The notes beneath the pieces were generated by a model. It was not told the origin of the DNA. It did no database searches and saw only the letters and a program-made list of their open reading frames with translations. Positions 40,116 to 50,051 of a stretch of DNA of 64,000 nucleotides are shown piece by piece; the stretch's first letter is position 1, and every line of letters starts with the position of its first letter. This DNA comes from an uncultured Spirochaetota bacterium (GTDB taxonomy: Bacteria; Spirochaetota; Spirochaetia; SZUA-6; Fen-1364): positions 384,001 through 448,000 of the forward strand of contig CAVTHO010000007.1 of the NCBI GenBank assembly GCA_963734545.1. The letters run 5' to 3'. A program made the position numbers and the translations under genes.

Positions 40116-40177
40116 GCATGTGCCCGTTCGAATCAGCGGTTAAGGCGAGCCCGATGTGCGCCCCGCGGCCCGATTTT

Positions 40178-40909
40178 CTACAATATGTGCTTGAGGAAGC
40201 GCTGAGTCCGCTCCTCCTGCGGCGCAGCAAAGACAGCCTCCGGCGGGCCCCTCTCAATGATCTCGCCATTGTCCATGAAAACGACCGTGTGAGCCGCGGC
40301 CCTTGCGAATCCCATTTCATGGGATACGACCAGCATTGTCATGCCTTCCTTCGCGAGCTCCACCATGACGTCGAGAACCTCCTTGATCATCTCGGGATCA
40401 AGGGCGGAGGTGGGCTCGTCGAACAGCATGACCTTGGGGCTCATGGCCAGGGCCCGGGCTATTGCCACGCGCTGCTGCTGGCCGCCGGAGAGCTGCTCGG
40501 GGTACGCGCCTTCCTTCTCCGAGAGGCCGACACGTGCGAGAAGGCTGCGGCCGAGGTCTTTCGCCTCCGGTTCCGGGGTTTTTTTGACCACGCGCGGGGC
40601 GAGTATGATGTTTTCCAGCGCCGTCAGATGAGGGAAAAGGTTGAAGGACTGGAAAACCATCCCCACCTCTTCCCTGATCTTGCGGATATCCGACTTGCGA
40701 TCCGTGACCTGGTCTTCATCGACCCAGATCTGGCCGGAGGTAAGGTTCTCCAGCCGGTTGATGCAGCGCAGCATCGTGCTCTTCCCGCTTCCCGACGGCC
40801 CGATGACGAGCACGACCTCGCCCGGCTTCACGGAGAGGGTTGCGTTCTTCAGCGCGATGATCCTGCCGAAGTTCTTGCAGGCATCGATAATCCGCACCCT
40901 ATCTGCCAC
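40178..40909 (-). CDS. Polar amino acid ABC transporter ATP-binding protein (GlnQ-like)
   Basis: [37 protein letters not shown]. Confidence 0.95.
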   Translation of the reverse strand: MADRVRIIDACKNFGRIIALKNATLSVKPGEVVLVIGPSGSGKSTMLRCINRLENLTSGQIWVDEDQVTDRKSDIRKIREEVGMVFQSFNLFPHLTALENIILAPRVVKKTPEPEAKDLGRSLLARVGLSEKEGAYPEQLSGGQQQRVAIARALAMSPKVMLFDEPTSALDPEMIKEVLDVMVELAKEGMTMLVVSHEMGFARAAAHTVVFMDNGEIIERGPPEAVFAAPQEERTQRFLKHIL

Positions 40910-41762
40910 TGCGGTTCATCCTTTGTTCCATGAGCGCGACGAGTCGGGAGAAGAAAAGGGTCATGACGAGGTAGACAAGCGCGACGACGGTGAATGCTTC
41001 GAAATAGTCAAAGGTCTTGGAAGCGTACTCCCTTCCCCGCCGCAGCAGATCCGAAACGGCCAGGATCGACACAAGGGATGAGTCCTTCAGCAGGGCGATG
41101 AACTCATTGCCCAGAGGCGGGAGCACCACCCGGACGGTCTGGGGAAGGATGATCCTGCGCAGTGCCTGCCCGCGCGAAAGCCCGAGAGCGATGGCAGCCT
41201 CCATCTGACCCTTGTGGATGGACTGGATGCCGGCTCGGAAGATTTCCCCAAGGTATGCGCCATAGCAGACGGTCATGGCGATCACCGCGGCGAAGATGTC
41301 GGGGACCTGGACGATTTTTCCCATTGCATAGTAGATGTAAAAAATCTGGACCAGCAGAGGGATGCCCCTGACTACCTCCACGTAGATCGTGGCAATCCTG
41401 TTGATGAGGACGATCCGTGAAATCCTCCCCACACCCGTGAGCAGCCCCACGACCAGCGCGCACGCGATGGACATGAGGGTGACCTCGAACGTCTTCAGGA
41501 TCCCGTCCGGCAGGAAGAGCATGATGTCCCGATAGGGATGGGGTTTTGCGAAAAAGAGTACTACAAGAAGGGCGAGAGCCCCGAAAAAGGAGATCCGCCA
41601 GGCTGAGAAAGTCGACTTCTCTCCTCGTCCGGGGATCAATGCCCCGTCGGTGACCTCGATCCGCGTTTCCCGCGTTTCTCGGCGGGGGGACTGCGGCGCT
41701 CCTTTCGGAACGCCGCCTGGCCGTTCGGCAGTCGAGTCCCCCGTTATCCTTATTTCAGCCAC
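40899..41762 (-). CDS. Polar amino acid ABC transporter permease
   Basis: [18 protein letters not shown]...GQMEAA, LKDSSL. Confidence 0.93.
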   Translation of the reverse strand: MAEIRITGDSTAERPGGVPKGAPQSPRRETRETRIEVTDGALIPGRGEKSTFSAWRISFFGALALLVVLFFAKPHPYRDIMLFLPDGILKTFEVTLMSIACALVVGLLTGVGRISRIVLINRIATIYVEVVRGIPLLVQIFYIYYAMGKIVQVPDIFAAVIAMTVCYGAYLGEIFRAGIQSIHKGQMEAAIALGLSRGQALRRIILPQTVRVVLPPLGNEFIALLKDSSLVSILAVSDLLRRGREYASKTFDYFEAFTVVALVYLVMTLFFSRLVALMEQRMNRSGR

Positions 41763-42505
41763 TGGGCCTCAATCGCCTTGTTCGCACCTGAATCCAGGAC
41801 CTTCTTCAGGCCGGCGTTGATGACATCGAGGACTTTCGTATTGCCCTTCTTGACCGCCACGCCGTAGAACTCCTCGGTGAAGCGATCTCCCACGATCTTC
41901 AGCTTGCCCTTGTAGGTGTCGTTCTGCAGGGCATACTGGGCAGCGGTCGGATTGTCGCACACGACGGCGGCGATTCTCCCGTTGGCAAGGTCGGCGAACG
42001 CAAGCCCGATCTCGTCGTAGGTCTTCTCGGTGATGTTGCCGGCCGCCTTGACCTTGTCGATCTCGAACGCGCCGGTCGTTCCGATCTGCGCTCCGACGGT
42101 CTTGCCTTTCAGGTCCTCGAGCTTCGTGACGCCCTCTGTTTCACTCTTGACCACGAGGATCTGGCCCGCGTTGATGTAGGGGAGGGAGAAGTCCATCGTC
42201 TTCTTCCGCTCATCCGTGATGGTCACGGACGACATGACCGCGTCGTACTTGCCGTTCTCGAGGCCGGCGAAAATCCCGTCCCATGCGGTGTTCTTGAACT
42301 CGACGATGAATCCGCCCGCCTTGGCCGCTGCGTTCATCAGGTCGATGTCGAACCCGACGATGTTCTTGTTCGTGTCGACCATTTCCATGGGCGGCCATGT
42401 GGCGTCCGTGGCGATGGTGATCTTCGCGGGTTCCTTCTTCGCGCACGACATCACGCCGAGGAAGAGGGATGCCAGCATGAGCCCGGTGATAAGCTTCCTG
42501 AGCAT
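41750..42505 (-). CDS. Polar/basic amino acid ABC substrate-binding lipoprotein
   Basis: Lipobox VMSC, WPPME, GFDIDL, ITDERK, GAQIGTTG. Confidence 0.93.
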   Translation of the reverse strand: MLRKLITGLMLASLFLGVMSCAKKEPAKITIATDATWPPMEMVDTNKNIVGFDIDLMNAAAKAGGFIVEFKNTAWDGIFAGLENGKYDAVMSSVTITDERKKTMDFSLPYINAGQILVVKSETEGVTKLEDLKGKTVGAQIGTTGAFEIDKVKAAGNITEKTYDEIGLAFADLANGRIAAVVCDNPTAAQYALQNDTYKGKLKIVGDRFTEEFYGVAVKKGNTKVLDVINAGLKKVLDSGANKAIEAQWLK

Positions 42506-42612
42506 AAATACCTCCTGTTCGTATTTTTATTCGTTATTCACTGAATGAGCCCGAATGTCAAGGGCGAGTCCCGCTCGGATGTCGCAAAAACGGAAGAGCC
42601 AGGCGCGCATGC

Positions 42613-42641
42613 TTGACAATCAGGGATGATCGTTCTATATT
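42613..42641 (+). promoter_or_regulatory. sigma70 promoter of tRNA-fMet
   Basis: TTGACA-17 bp-TATATT. Confidence 0.8.
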
Positions 42642-42652
42642 CTTTCACGCGA

Positions 42653-42725
42653 CGCAGGGTAGAGCAGTTGGCAGCTCGTCGGGCTCATAACCCGGAGGTC
42701 GCAGGTTCAAATCCTGCCCCTGCTA
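42653..42725 (+). tRNA. tRNA-fMet (CAT), initiator
   Basis: Cloverleaf, anticodon CAT, three consecutive G-C pairs in the anticodon stem, unpaired C1, GGTTCAAATCC T-arm; CCA not encoded. Confidence 0.95.
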
Positions 42726-42754
42726 TACAAGCCCTTACGGTGTAGGGGATTACA

Positions 42755-42853
42755 GACCGGTGCATGAAAATCGGCGCGATCCGCGCGTCAGTGCAGGTGG
42801 CATGCAGATGCCACCCAGGGGCGCGGATATGCGCTGTTTTTCATTGCATGGTC
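42755..42853. repeat. About 100-nt imperfect inverted repeat (long hairpin)
   Basis: Nested pairings GACC/GGTC, TGCA/TGCA, TGAAAA/TTTTCA, CGGCGC/GCGCTG, ATCCGCGC/GCGCGGAT, GGTGGCAT/ATGCCACC around a GCAG loop. Confidence 0.75.
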
Positions 42854-43116
42854 ATCGTGCATTGTCCGATGGCCCTGGCGCTTCAACCTGGTCACGCGGA
42901 CAGCTCTCCCCGGCGAAACTGGACTGAAAGAACGACCTTCTCCAATCCGAACACGTGTTAGACGATAATACTCGAGGCGGCATCCTCCTGCCGGGGGCAT
43001 CCTCGGCACGCCCCTGCATGCCAGGACATCCGGCTTCATATGCGCGCTTGTGCCGGGCGGGTTTGCATCGTAGAATGCCCGGGTTCACATCAATAATGCC
43101 ACGAGCGGAGGAACAA

Positions 43117-44364
43117 ATGTCGGAACTCAATCCCTTCAAGATTGCCCAGAGCCAGCTCGATACCGCGGCAGCCACCCTCGGCCTGGACGACGCTACTCAC
43201 CAGCTCCTGCGCTGGCCCCAGCGCGAGCTGCGCGTCACCATCCCCGTGCGCATGGACGACGGGAAGGTGCGCGTGTTCAATGGCTACAGGGTGCAGTACA
43301 ATTCGGCCCGGGGCCCTGCAAAGGGGGGACTGCGCTGGCACCCGGACGAGACGATCGACACGGTGCGCGCTCTGGCGGCATGGATGACGTGGAAGACCGC
43401 GGTGGTGGATCTGCCGCTGGGGGGCGGCAAGGGCGGGGTGACCTGCAATCCAAAGGAATTGTCGTCAACCGAGAAGGAGCGGCTGGCACGGGCATACATC
43501 AGGGCAATCGGCCAGTTCATCGGCGACCGCAAAGACGTGCCTGCCCCGGATGTCTACACCACGCCTGAGATCATGGGATGGATGCTGGATGAGTACGAGA
43601 TCCTGGTCGGCCAGCACCAGCCAGGGGTGATCACGGGCAAGCCGTTGCCGCTGGGCGGGTCTGCGGGGCGCGACGATGCCACTGCGCGCGGCGGCATCTA
43701 CGTGACCCGTGAGGCCGGACGCGCCCTCGAGCTCGAGCTTACCGACCAGACGATGGCGATACAGGGCTTCGGCAACGCGGGGCAGCACGCCGCTCTCCTG
43801 GGGACGGAGCTTCTGGGAATGAAGCTCGTCGCCTGCTCCGACACACTGGGCGGGATCTACAACCCCCGAGGGATCGACGCCAGGGCCGTGGTCGACCACA
43901 AGAACAGGACCGGAAGCCTGGAGGGGCTGCCCGGGGTCGACCGGATCACCAATGAGCAGCTCCTGGAGTTGAACGTGCGTGTCCTTTTCCCCGCGGCGCT
44001 GGAAAACACGATTACCGATGCCAATGCGGCGAAGGTCAAGGCAAGGATCGTCTGCGAGCTTGCCAACGGACCGACCACTCCGGAGGCGGACAAGATACTC
44101 TTCGATAATGGCGTCTTCGTGCTTCCGGATTTCCTTGCCAACGCGGGTGGGGTGACGGTGTCATACTTCGAGCAGGTGCAGAACGCGTACAATTTCTACT
44201 GGGAGCTGGGCCTCGTCCACGAAAGGCTCGACGAAAAAATGACGAGGGCCTTTCTCGGCGTATACGAGATGCAGAAGCGTCAAAAAGTGAACATGCGGGA
44301 AGCGGCCTACCTCGTGTCGGTGAGCCGTGTCGCCGAAGCATGCCGGATGCGGGGGTGGGTCTGA
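43117..44364 (+). CDS. gdhA: Glu/Leu/Phe/Val dehydrogenase, most likely glutamate dehydrogenase
   Basis: [52 protein letters not shown] Shine-Dalgarno; TTGTGC-17-TAGAAT upstream. Confidence 0.92.
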   Translation: MSELNPFKIAQSQLDTAAATLGLDDATHQLLRWPQRELRVTIPVRMDDGKVRVFNGYRVQYNSARGPAKGGLRWHPDETIDTVRALAAWMTWKTAVVDLPLGGGKGGVTCNPKELSSTEKERLARAYIRAIGQFIGDRKDVPAPDVYTTPEIMGWMLDEYEILVGQHQPGVITGKPLPLGGSAGRDDATARGGIYVTREAGRALELELTDQTMAIQGFGNAGQHAALLGTELLGMKLVACSDTLGGIYNPRGIDARAVVDHKNRTGSLEGLPGVDRITNEQLLELNVRVLFPAALENTITDANAAKVKARIVCELANGPTTPEADKILFDNGVFVLPDFLANAGGVTVSYFEQVQNAYNFYWELGLVHERLDEKMTRAFLGVYEMQKRQKVNMREAAYLVSVSRVAEACRMRGWV

Positions 44365-44511
44365 GGATCGATTTTGTAGGCCGGCAACAATATCCAAAAA
44401 AAACATAATCATGCATTGACGTTTGCGGAAGAGTATGCTAACGTTGGCCCGCCGTTTCCGGCACGTTCTCACGCGAAGACTATAACGCCAGGAAAAACAG
44501 TGGAAGTCAGA

Positions 44512-44979
44512 ATGCACGAGACGATCGATGGGATCATCTCCCGTCATGGGACAGACCGCACCCGACTGGTCGAAATCCTTCACGACCTGCAGCATGAGTG
44601 CCGGTATCTGCCGGAGGACGCGCTGCGGACCGTTGCCAGGAAGCTCGCCATTCCACTCATAGAAGTCTACAAGGTCGCGACCTTCTACAAGGCGTTTACC
44701 CTCGAGCCGAGGGGCAGGCACCTGCTGACGCTCTGTACGGGCACCGCGTGCCACGTCAGAGGCTCACCCAAGCTGCTGGACGAGGTGCAGGGACTCTGCG
44801 GCATCGCTCCCGGGGAGACCACCCCTGACGGGAACCTCACCCTGGAAACCGTGAACTGCCTCGGTGCGTGCGCGCTGGGTCCTGTCGCTGTCCTGGACGA
44901 GACCTACCATCACCACATGAGCTGGGCCAGGCTGAAGACCCTTCTCGGCACGATCATCCACGGAAGGGCTCAAGCATGA
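44512..44979 (+). CDS. NuoE/HydC-like [2Fe-2S] subunit
   Basis: VATFY, CTGTACH, CLGAC. Confidence 0.9.
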   Translation: MHETIDGIISRHGTDRTRLVEILHDLQHECRYLPEDALRTVARKLAIPLIEVYKVATFYKAFTLEPRGRHLLTLCTGTACHVRGSPKLLDEVQGLCGIAPGETTPDGNLTLETVNCLGACALGPVAVLDETYHHHMSWARLKTLLGTIIHGRAQA

Positions 44980-46837
44980 AGAGCATGCCGGCGCTCGAGT
45001 CGTTTGCAGATCTGAGACACCTCGCTGAGAAATGCCTCAAAAAGGATAGAAAATACGCGCGAACAGCGATCGTGTGCGGCGGCACGGGGTGCAGCGCGTG
45101 CGGCTGCCGCGCAATCAGGGAGAACCTGGACAAGGAAGTAGCGAAGCAGGGCCTCGGCAAGAGGGTCAAGGTGAAGTCCACAGGATGCCATGGCTTCTGC
45201 GAGCAGGGCCCGCTCGTCATCATCGAGCCCGAGGGTTTCTTTTACTGCAAGCTGGCACCGGAGGATGTTTCTGAGATCGTCACGGAGACCCTTGGAGCAG
45301 GCAAGGTCGTGGAGCGGCTCCTGTACGCGGACCCCCGCTCAGGGCAGAGGGTGGCACGGGAGGCTGACATCCCGTTCTACAAGGCGCAGGATCGCGTTCT
45401 CCTGGACCGCAATCGGCTCATCGATCCGCGGGACATCCGGGAAGCTGTCGCGCAGGGCGGCTATGCGGCCTTCCTCAAAGCGCTCACCGGCATGACGCCC
45501 GAAGGCGTCATCGCCGAAATCGCCGCGGCGGGATTGCGCGGGCGGGGGGAGCCGGCTTTCCCACGGCAAAGAAATGGGAATCCTGCAGGCGCGCCCATGG
45601 CCGGCCGAAGTACGTTGTCTGCAACGCGGACGAGGGCGACCCGGGCGCATTCATGGATCGCAGTCTCCTGGAGGGCAACCCCCACGCCGTGATCGAAGGC
45701 ATGCTCATCGGCGCCTACGCAATCGGCGCTGAGCACGGGTTTATCTATGTACGCAAGGAATACCCCCTGGCCGTCGAGAATACGAAAATCGCAATCAGGC
45801 AGGCCGAGGAGCTGGGTCTCCTGGGCGCCAACATCCTGGGGACGAAGTTCTCATTCGACGTCAAGGTGGCGCGGGGCGGAGGAGCCTTCGTGTGCGGGGA
45901 ATCCACTGCCCTCATGGCGTCCCTGGAGGGACGGGTCGGAGAGCCCCGGCCCAAGGACATCCACACGACCGAGCGAGGCTTCCTGAACCTGCCGACCAAT
46001 CTCAACAACGTCGAGACCTGGGCGAATGTGCCCCTGATCATCGCCCGGGGAGCATCGTGGTTTGCGGCCAAGGGCACCGCGCACAGCAAGGGAACCAAGA
46101 TCTTCGCCCTGACAGGCGCGGTCCGTAATACGGGCCTCGTCGAGGTCCCCATGGGGACAACGCTCCTGCATATCCTCCACGACATCGGCGGCGGCTCGGC
46201 AAATGGAAAGCCCATCAAGGCCATTCAGATAGGCGGTCCCTCAGGCGGGTGCCTGCCCGAAGGCATGTTCTACCTCCCGGTGGACTTCGAGGAGCTGACC
46301 CGCAGCGGCGCCATGGTCGGATCCGGCGGGCTCGTGGTCATGGACGAAGGCACGTGCATGGTGGACGTGGCCCGCTACTTTCTCAACTTCCTGCTCGATG
46401 AATCCTGCGGGACGTGCGTGCCCTGCCGGGTAGGCGTCCGCAGGCTGCACGAGCTGGTCTGTGACATCGCAGAGGGTCGGGCAACAGACGCCACGCTCGC
46501 GCTGATAGAGGAGACCGCGGAGACCGTCGCCACGGCATCCATCTGCGGTCTTGGCAAGACCGCGCCGAATCCGCTCCTTACCGCGCTTCGCTACTTCCGG
46601 GAGGAGTACCTTGCCCACGTGCGCGAGAAGCGATGCCCGGCGGGCGTCTGCAAGGCGTTGATCAGATTTGAGATCGATCAGACCGCGTGCAATGGCTGCG
46701 GTGCCTGCGCCAAGGCCTGCCCGCACCGCGCCATCAGTCAACCCGGCCCAAAGGAGTACCGGATCGAGACGGAACAGTGCCGAAAATGCGGGATCTGCAA
46801 AGACGCGTGCAGGCACGCTGCGGTCCGGGTAGCGTGA
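44976..46837 (+). CDS. NuoF/HydB-like FMN/NAD(H) subunit with N-terminal [2Fe-2S] and C-terminal 2[4Fe-4S] domains, with a frameshift near 45548
   Basis: CGGTGC..CHGFC, RGRG(G)AGFP, NADEGDPGAFMDRS, GGPSG, ESCGTCVPCR, H...RCPAGVC and two ferredoxin-type Cys motifs. Confidence 0.9.
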
Positions 46838-46847
46838 GGGAGGACCC

Positions 46848-47546
46848 ATGGCAGAGCAGGTGACGCTGCGGATCGATGGCTCGCAGGTGCGGGCCCCCCA
46901 GGGTACGTCGGTGCTGGAAGCAGCCCTGGAATACGGGATCTGCATCCCTCACCTCTGCCACATGAAGGGAGTAACGCCGTCGGGAGTCTGCCGGCTGTGC
47001 ATCGTGGAGGTCGAGCGGCACGGGACCTCGCGGGTGACCTCCTCCTGCACGCTGGAAGCCGAGGAGGGGATGATCGTTCACGCGCACACGGAGCGCATCA
47101 TCCGCATCCGCAGGAACCTTGCCGAGCTTCTCGTTGCCGAGGCTCCCAACTCGCGGGCCATCCAGGACGTTGCAGCCCGGTGCGGCGTGAACGTCGTCCG
47201 TTATCCCTTCCGACATGAGAGCTGCGTCCTCTGCGGCAGGTGCGTGAGAGTCTGCAAAGAGGTCTGGCAGGCCGCAGCGCTGGGCACCGTGGGCCGTGGA
47301 GAACGGCTGCGGGTATCTCTTCCTTTTGGAAAGCGTCCGGATACGTGCAAGCGCTGCAACGCGTGCTTTACCGTCTGCCCTATGACCATTACTCCCTGCG
47401 ACGGGCCCATGCGCCCGGGCGAGGAGTACCTCTGCAACAAGTGCGCCTCCCAGCTCAGCATGAGCGCGGAATCTCCGGACAGCTGCGTCCGCTGCCGACT
47501 GGGCAAGGGCTTCGACTGCATCCGGCGGGTGCCGATCAACTACTAG
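46848..47546 (+). CDS. NuoG/HydA N-terminal-like Fe-S protein without a catalytic domain
   Basis: IPHLC..GVCRLC..SC [2Fe-2S], CVLCGRCVRVC, CKRCNACFTVCP and an extra Cys-rich tail. Confidence 0.85.
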   Translation: MAEQVTLRIDGSQVRAPQGTSVLEAALEYGICIPHLCHMKGVTPSGVCRLCIVEVERHGTSRVTSSCTLEAEEGMIVHAHTERIIRIRRNLAELLVAEAPNSRAIQDVAARCGVNVVRYPFRHESCVLCGRCVRVCKEVWQAAALGTVGRGERLRVSLPFGKRPDTCKRCNACFTVCPMTITPCDGPMRPGEEYLCNKCASQLSMSAESPDSCVRCRLGKGFDCIRRVPINY

Positions 47547-47565
47547 CGCCAAAGGAGAAAAGACG

Positions 47566-49155
47566 ATGAACCTGCAAAGACCCAATGCCAACGACGTGAC
47601 ACAGACAGCCAACCGGTCCGAAAGCGTCGTGCCGGGCAGCGGGCTGTGCACCCGTTGTATTGACGGGTGCCGAGGCAACTGCGAGGTATTCCGTGCGTCG
47701 TTCCGCGGCCGCGAGGTGATCTACCCGGGTCCCTTTGGCGAGATAAGCGCAGGAGGGGACAAGAACTATCCCGTCGATTACTCCCACCTCAATATCCAGG
47801 GCTATGCGATGGGCGCCGCGGGTCTGCCCGATGGTGTGGAGCCGGGCCCGGATACTGCAATCTTCCCCGCCGTGGACACGCGGACAGAGTACGGATGGAG
47901 CTCCAAGGTGCCGATGCGGCTGCCGGTCTTCACCGGCGCGCTCGGGTCCACCGAGATTGCCCGCAGGAACTGGGAGCACTTTGCCATCGGCGCCGCCATC
48001 TCGGGCATCACCCTGGTGTGCGGAGAGAACGTGTGCGGCATCGACCCCGGCCTCGAGCTGAATGCAAATGGAAAGATCTCCAAATCGCCTGACATGGACC
48101 GCCGCATAGAAACCTACAAGAGGTTCCACGAAGGCTTTGGCGAGATCCTCGTGCAGATGAACGTGGAGGACACGCGGCTGGGCGTCGCGGAGTATGTCCG
48201 CGCAAAGCACGACCTGAAAACCATCGAGCTGAAGTGGGGTCAGGGGGCCAAATGCATCGGCGGTGAGATCAAGGTGAAAAGCCTCGAACGCGCGCGGGAG
48301 CTGAAGTCCCGCGGATATATCGTCACGCCGGACCCGACCCTCGAGCCCGTGGAAAAGGCATTCCGCGACGGCGCGATCAAGGAGTTCGAGCGGCACTCGC
48401 GCCTGGGGTTCGTGAGCGAGGAGGGCTTCTTCAAGGAGATCGAGCGGCTGCGCGGCCTCGGCTTCGCGCGCATCACCCTGAAAACCGGCGCGTACTCCAT
48501 GCGCGAGCTCGCCATGGCGCTGCGATACGCCTCCGAGGCCGGGATCGACCTGCTCACGATCGACGGCGCGCCCGGCGGAACCGGAATGAGCCCATGGAGA
48601 ATGATGGAGGAGTGGGGTGTCCCCACGTTCTACCTGCAGTCCCTCGCCTGGGAGTTCTGTGAAAAGCTGATGGCGCGCGGCCTTCGCGTTCCCGACATCG
48701 CCATCGCCGGAGGATTCTCCACGGAGGACCACATCTTCAAGGTGCTCGCCATGGGCGCCCCCTATGTGAAGGCGGTCTGCATGGGCCGGGCCATGATGAT
48801 CCCCGGAATGGTGGGCAAGAACATCTCCTATTGGCTCCAGGGCAATGACCTGCCCTCCACCGTGTCCCGTTTCGGCAGCTCACCGCAGGAGATCTTCGTC
48901 TGCTACGACGAGCTCGCGGAAAAGTACGGGGCCCGCATGAAAGAGATCCCTTTTGGCGCTATCGGAATCTACAGCTTTGCCCAGAAGCTTAAGGTAGGCC
49001 TCCAGCAGCTCATGGCAGGCACGCGGAACTTCCGACTCTCCACGATCAGCAGACGGGATCTCATGTGCCTGACCGAGGAGGCGGCGAAAATCTCCGGGCT
49101 GCCCTATATCATGGAAGCCTATCGCGCGGAGGCGGAGCAGATTCTCGCTCGCTGA
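47566..49155 (+). CDS. Stand-alone glutamate synthase FMN-binding domain family protein
   Basis: ELKWGQGAK..GG, LKTG, IDGAPGGTGMSP, AGG, GRAM; N-terminal CTRCIDGCRGNC. Confidence 0.85.
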   Translation: MNLQRPNANDVTQTANRSESVVPGSGLCTRCIDGCRGNCEVFRASFRGREVIYPGPFGEISAGGDKNYPVDYSHLNIQGYAMGAAGLPDGVEPGPDTAIFPAVDTRTEYGWSSKVPMRLPVFTGALGSTEIARRNWEHFAIGAAISGITLVCGENVCGIDPGLELNANGKISKSPDMDRRIETYKRFHEGFGEILVQMNVEDTRLGVAEYVRAKHDLKTIELKWGQGAKCIGGEIKVKSLERARELKSRGYIVTPDPTLEPVEKAFRDGAIKEFERHSRLGFVSEEGFFKEIERLRGLGFARITLKTGAYSMRELAMALRYASEAGIDLLTIDGAPGGTGMSPWRMMEEWGVPTFYLQSLAWEFCEKLMARGLRVPDIAIAGGFSTEDHIFKVLAMGAPYVKAVCMGRAMMIPGMVGKNISYWLQGNDLPSTVSRFGSSPQEIFVCYDELAEKYGARMKEIPFGAIGIYSFAQKLKVGLQQLMAGTRNFRLSTISRRDLMCLTEEAAKISGLPYIMEAYRAEAEQILAR

Positions 49156-50006
49156 GCGGCATCGTCCGCCGATTCGTCCAACCCGGCTTTTCGCGCAAAT
49201 GTCAGCGCAAGCATGCCGAAAAGCAGCCTCTTCTGACGCACCCGGCGAAAACCGATTCGTGTCATCATCCGGGGCAGCTCGACGAAGTCCGGATAGTAGG
49301 AAAGGCTCTTCGAGATGTAGCTGTAGACCTCAGGGTTCCCATGGAACAGCCACCCCCAGAAGCCGCCCCAGAAGCCCAGCAGCCTGAGCTGGATATTTCG
49401 CAGGCGGGGAACATGTGAGGCGGAGAAATCGAGAAATGCCGCCGTGCCGCCCGGTTTCAGCACTCGATAGATCTCCTGAAAGGTAGTGGCGAGATGGGGT
49501 GAGTTTCGCAGCGCATACCCGCCGGTAACGATATCGTAGGACGCATCGTCAAAGGGAAGCTCGTTCATGTCCGCCTGATGAAACCTGATGTTCGCAAGAT
49601 CCGTCCGCAACCGTGCGCGGCGAAGCATCTCGGGGTTCAAATCTACTGCATCGATTCTGCCGTATGGATACTGGTGTGCAAGAAGCCGGCTGATGTCTCC
49701 GGTGCCGCAGGCCAGATCGAGGCAGGCGAATAATTGTGGCGTCGAAGCTGCGTCACGCGCGGAGTCTCTCGGAAGCCTTGCCAGCATGATCTTTTTCCAG
49801 CGCCCGTCCCGTCCAAAGGAGAGTAGACGCGTGATGACATCATACCGGACAGCAACGACAGAGAAGACTTTTCGTGTGTAGTCCAGCTTACTGCGCGGCG
49901 CCGAAAGGTCGAAATCCTTCAGGCGATATCGGAATCGGGAACGAAGGTCATCCTGCGCTGTGCCATGGACGATGTGCCTGCCGTCAGACGTCTGCTTCGC
50001 GCGCAT
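49119..50006 (-). CDS. UbiE/MenG-like class I SAM methyltransferase
   Basis: F..VA.RYD....LSFG.D..WK, LDLACGTGD, LPFDDASYD, EIYRVLKPGG, YSYI..S. Start codon uncertain. Confidence 0.85.
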   Translation of the reverse strand: MRAKQTSDGRHIVHGTAQDDLRSRFRYRLKDFDLSAPRSKLDYTRKVFSVVAVRYDVITRLLSFGRDGRWKKIMLARLPRDSARDAASTPQLFACLDLACGTGDISRLLAHQYPYGRIDAVDLNPEMLRRARLRTDLANIRFHQADMNELPFDDASYDIVTGGYALRNSPHLATTFQEIYRVLKPGGTAAFLDFSASHVPRLRNIQLRLLGFWGGFWGWLFHGNPEVYSYISKSLSYYPDFVELPRMMTRIGFRRVRQKRLLFGMLALTFARKAGLDESADDAAQRARICSASAR

Positions 50007-50051
50007 GGCGGATTGCCTTTCTCATCCTGATAACCTAACTTCTGCAGTAGA

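Noticed and set aside
40120-40145. GTTCGAATC T-loop-like sequence
   Set aside because: No cloverleaf can be built around it.
42957-42963. GTTAGAC integron core-like site (and ACCTAAC near 50033)
   Set aside because: There are no paired R/L boxes around the hairpin, no cassette array and no intI.
43004-43018. sigma54-like GGCACG...TGCA upstream of gdhA
   Set aside because: GG-to-GC spacing is 9 nt rather than 10, and a sigma70-type promoter fits better.
44512-47546. Respiratory complex I (nuoEFG) or [FeFe]-hydrogenase
   Set aside because: No other nuo genes are present and the A subunit has no H-cluster motifs.
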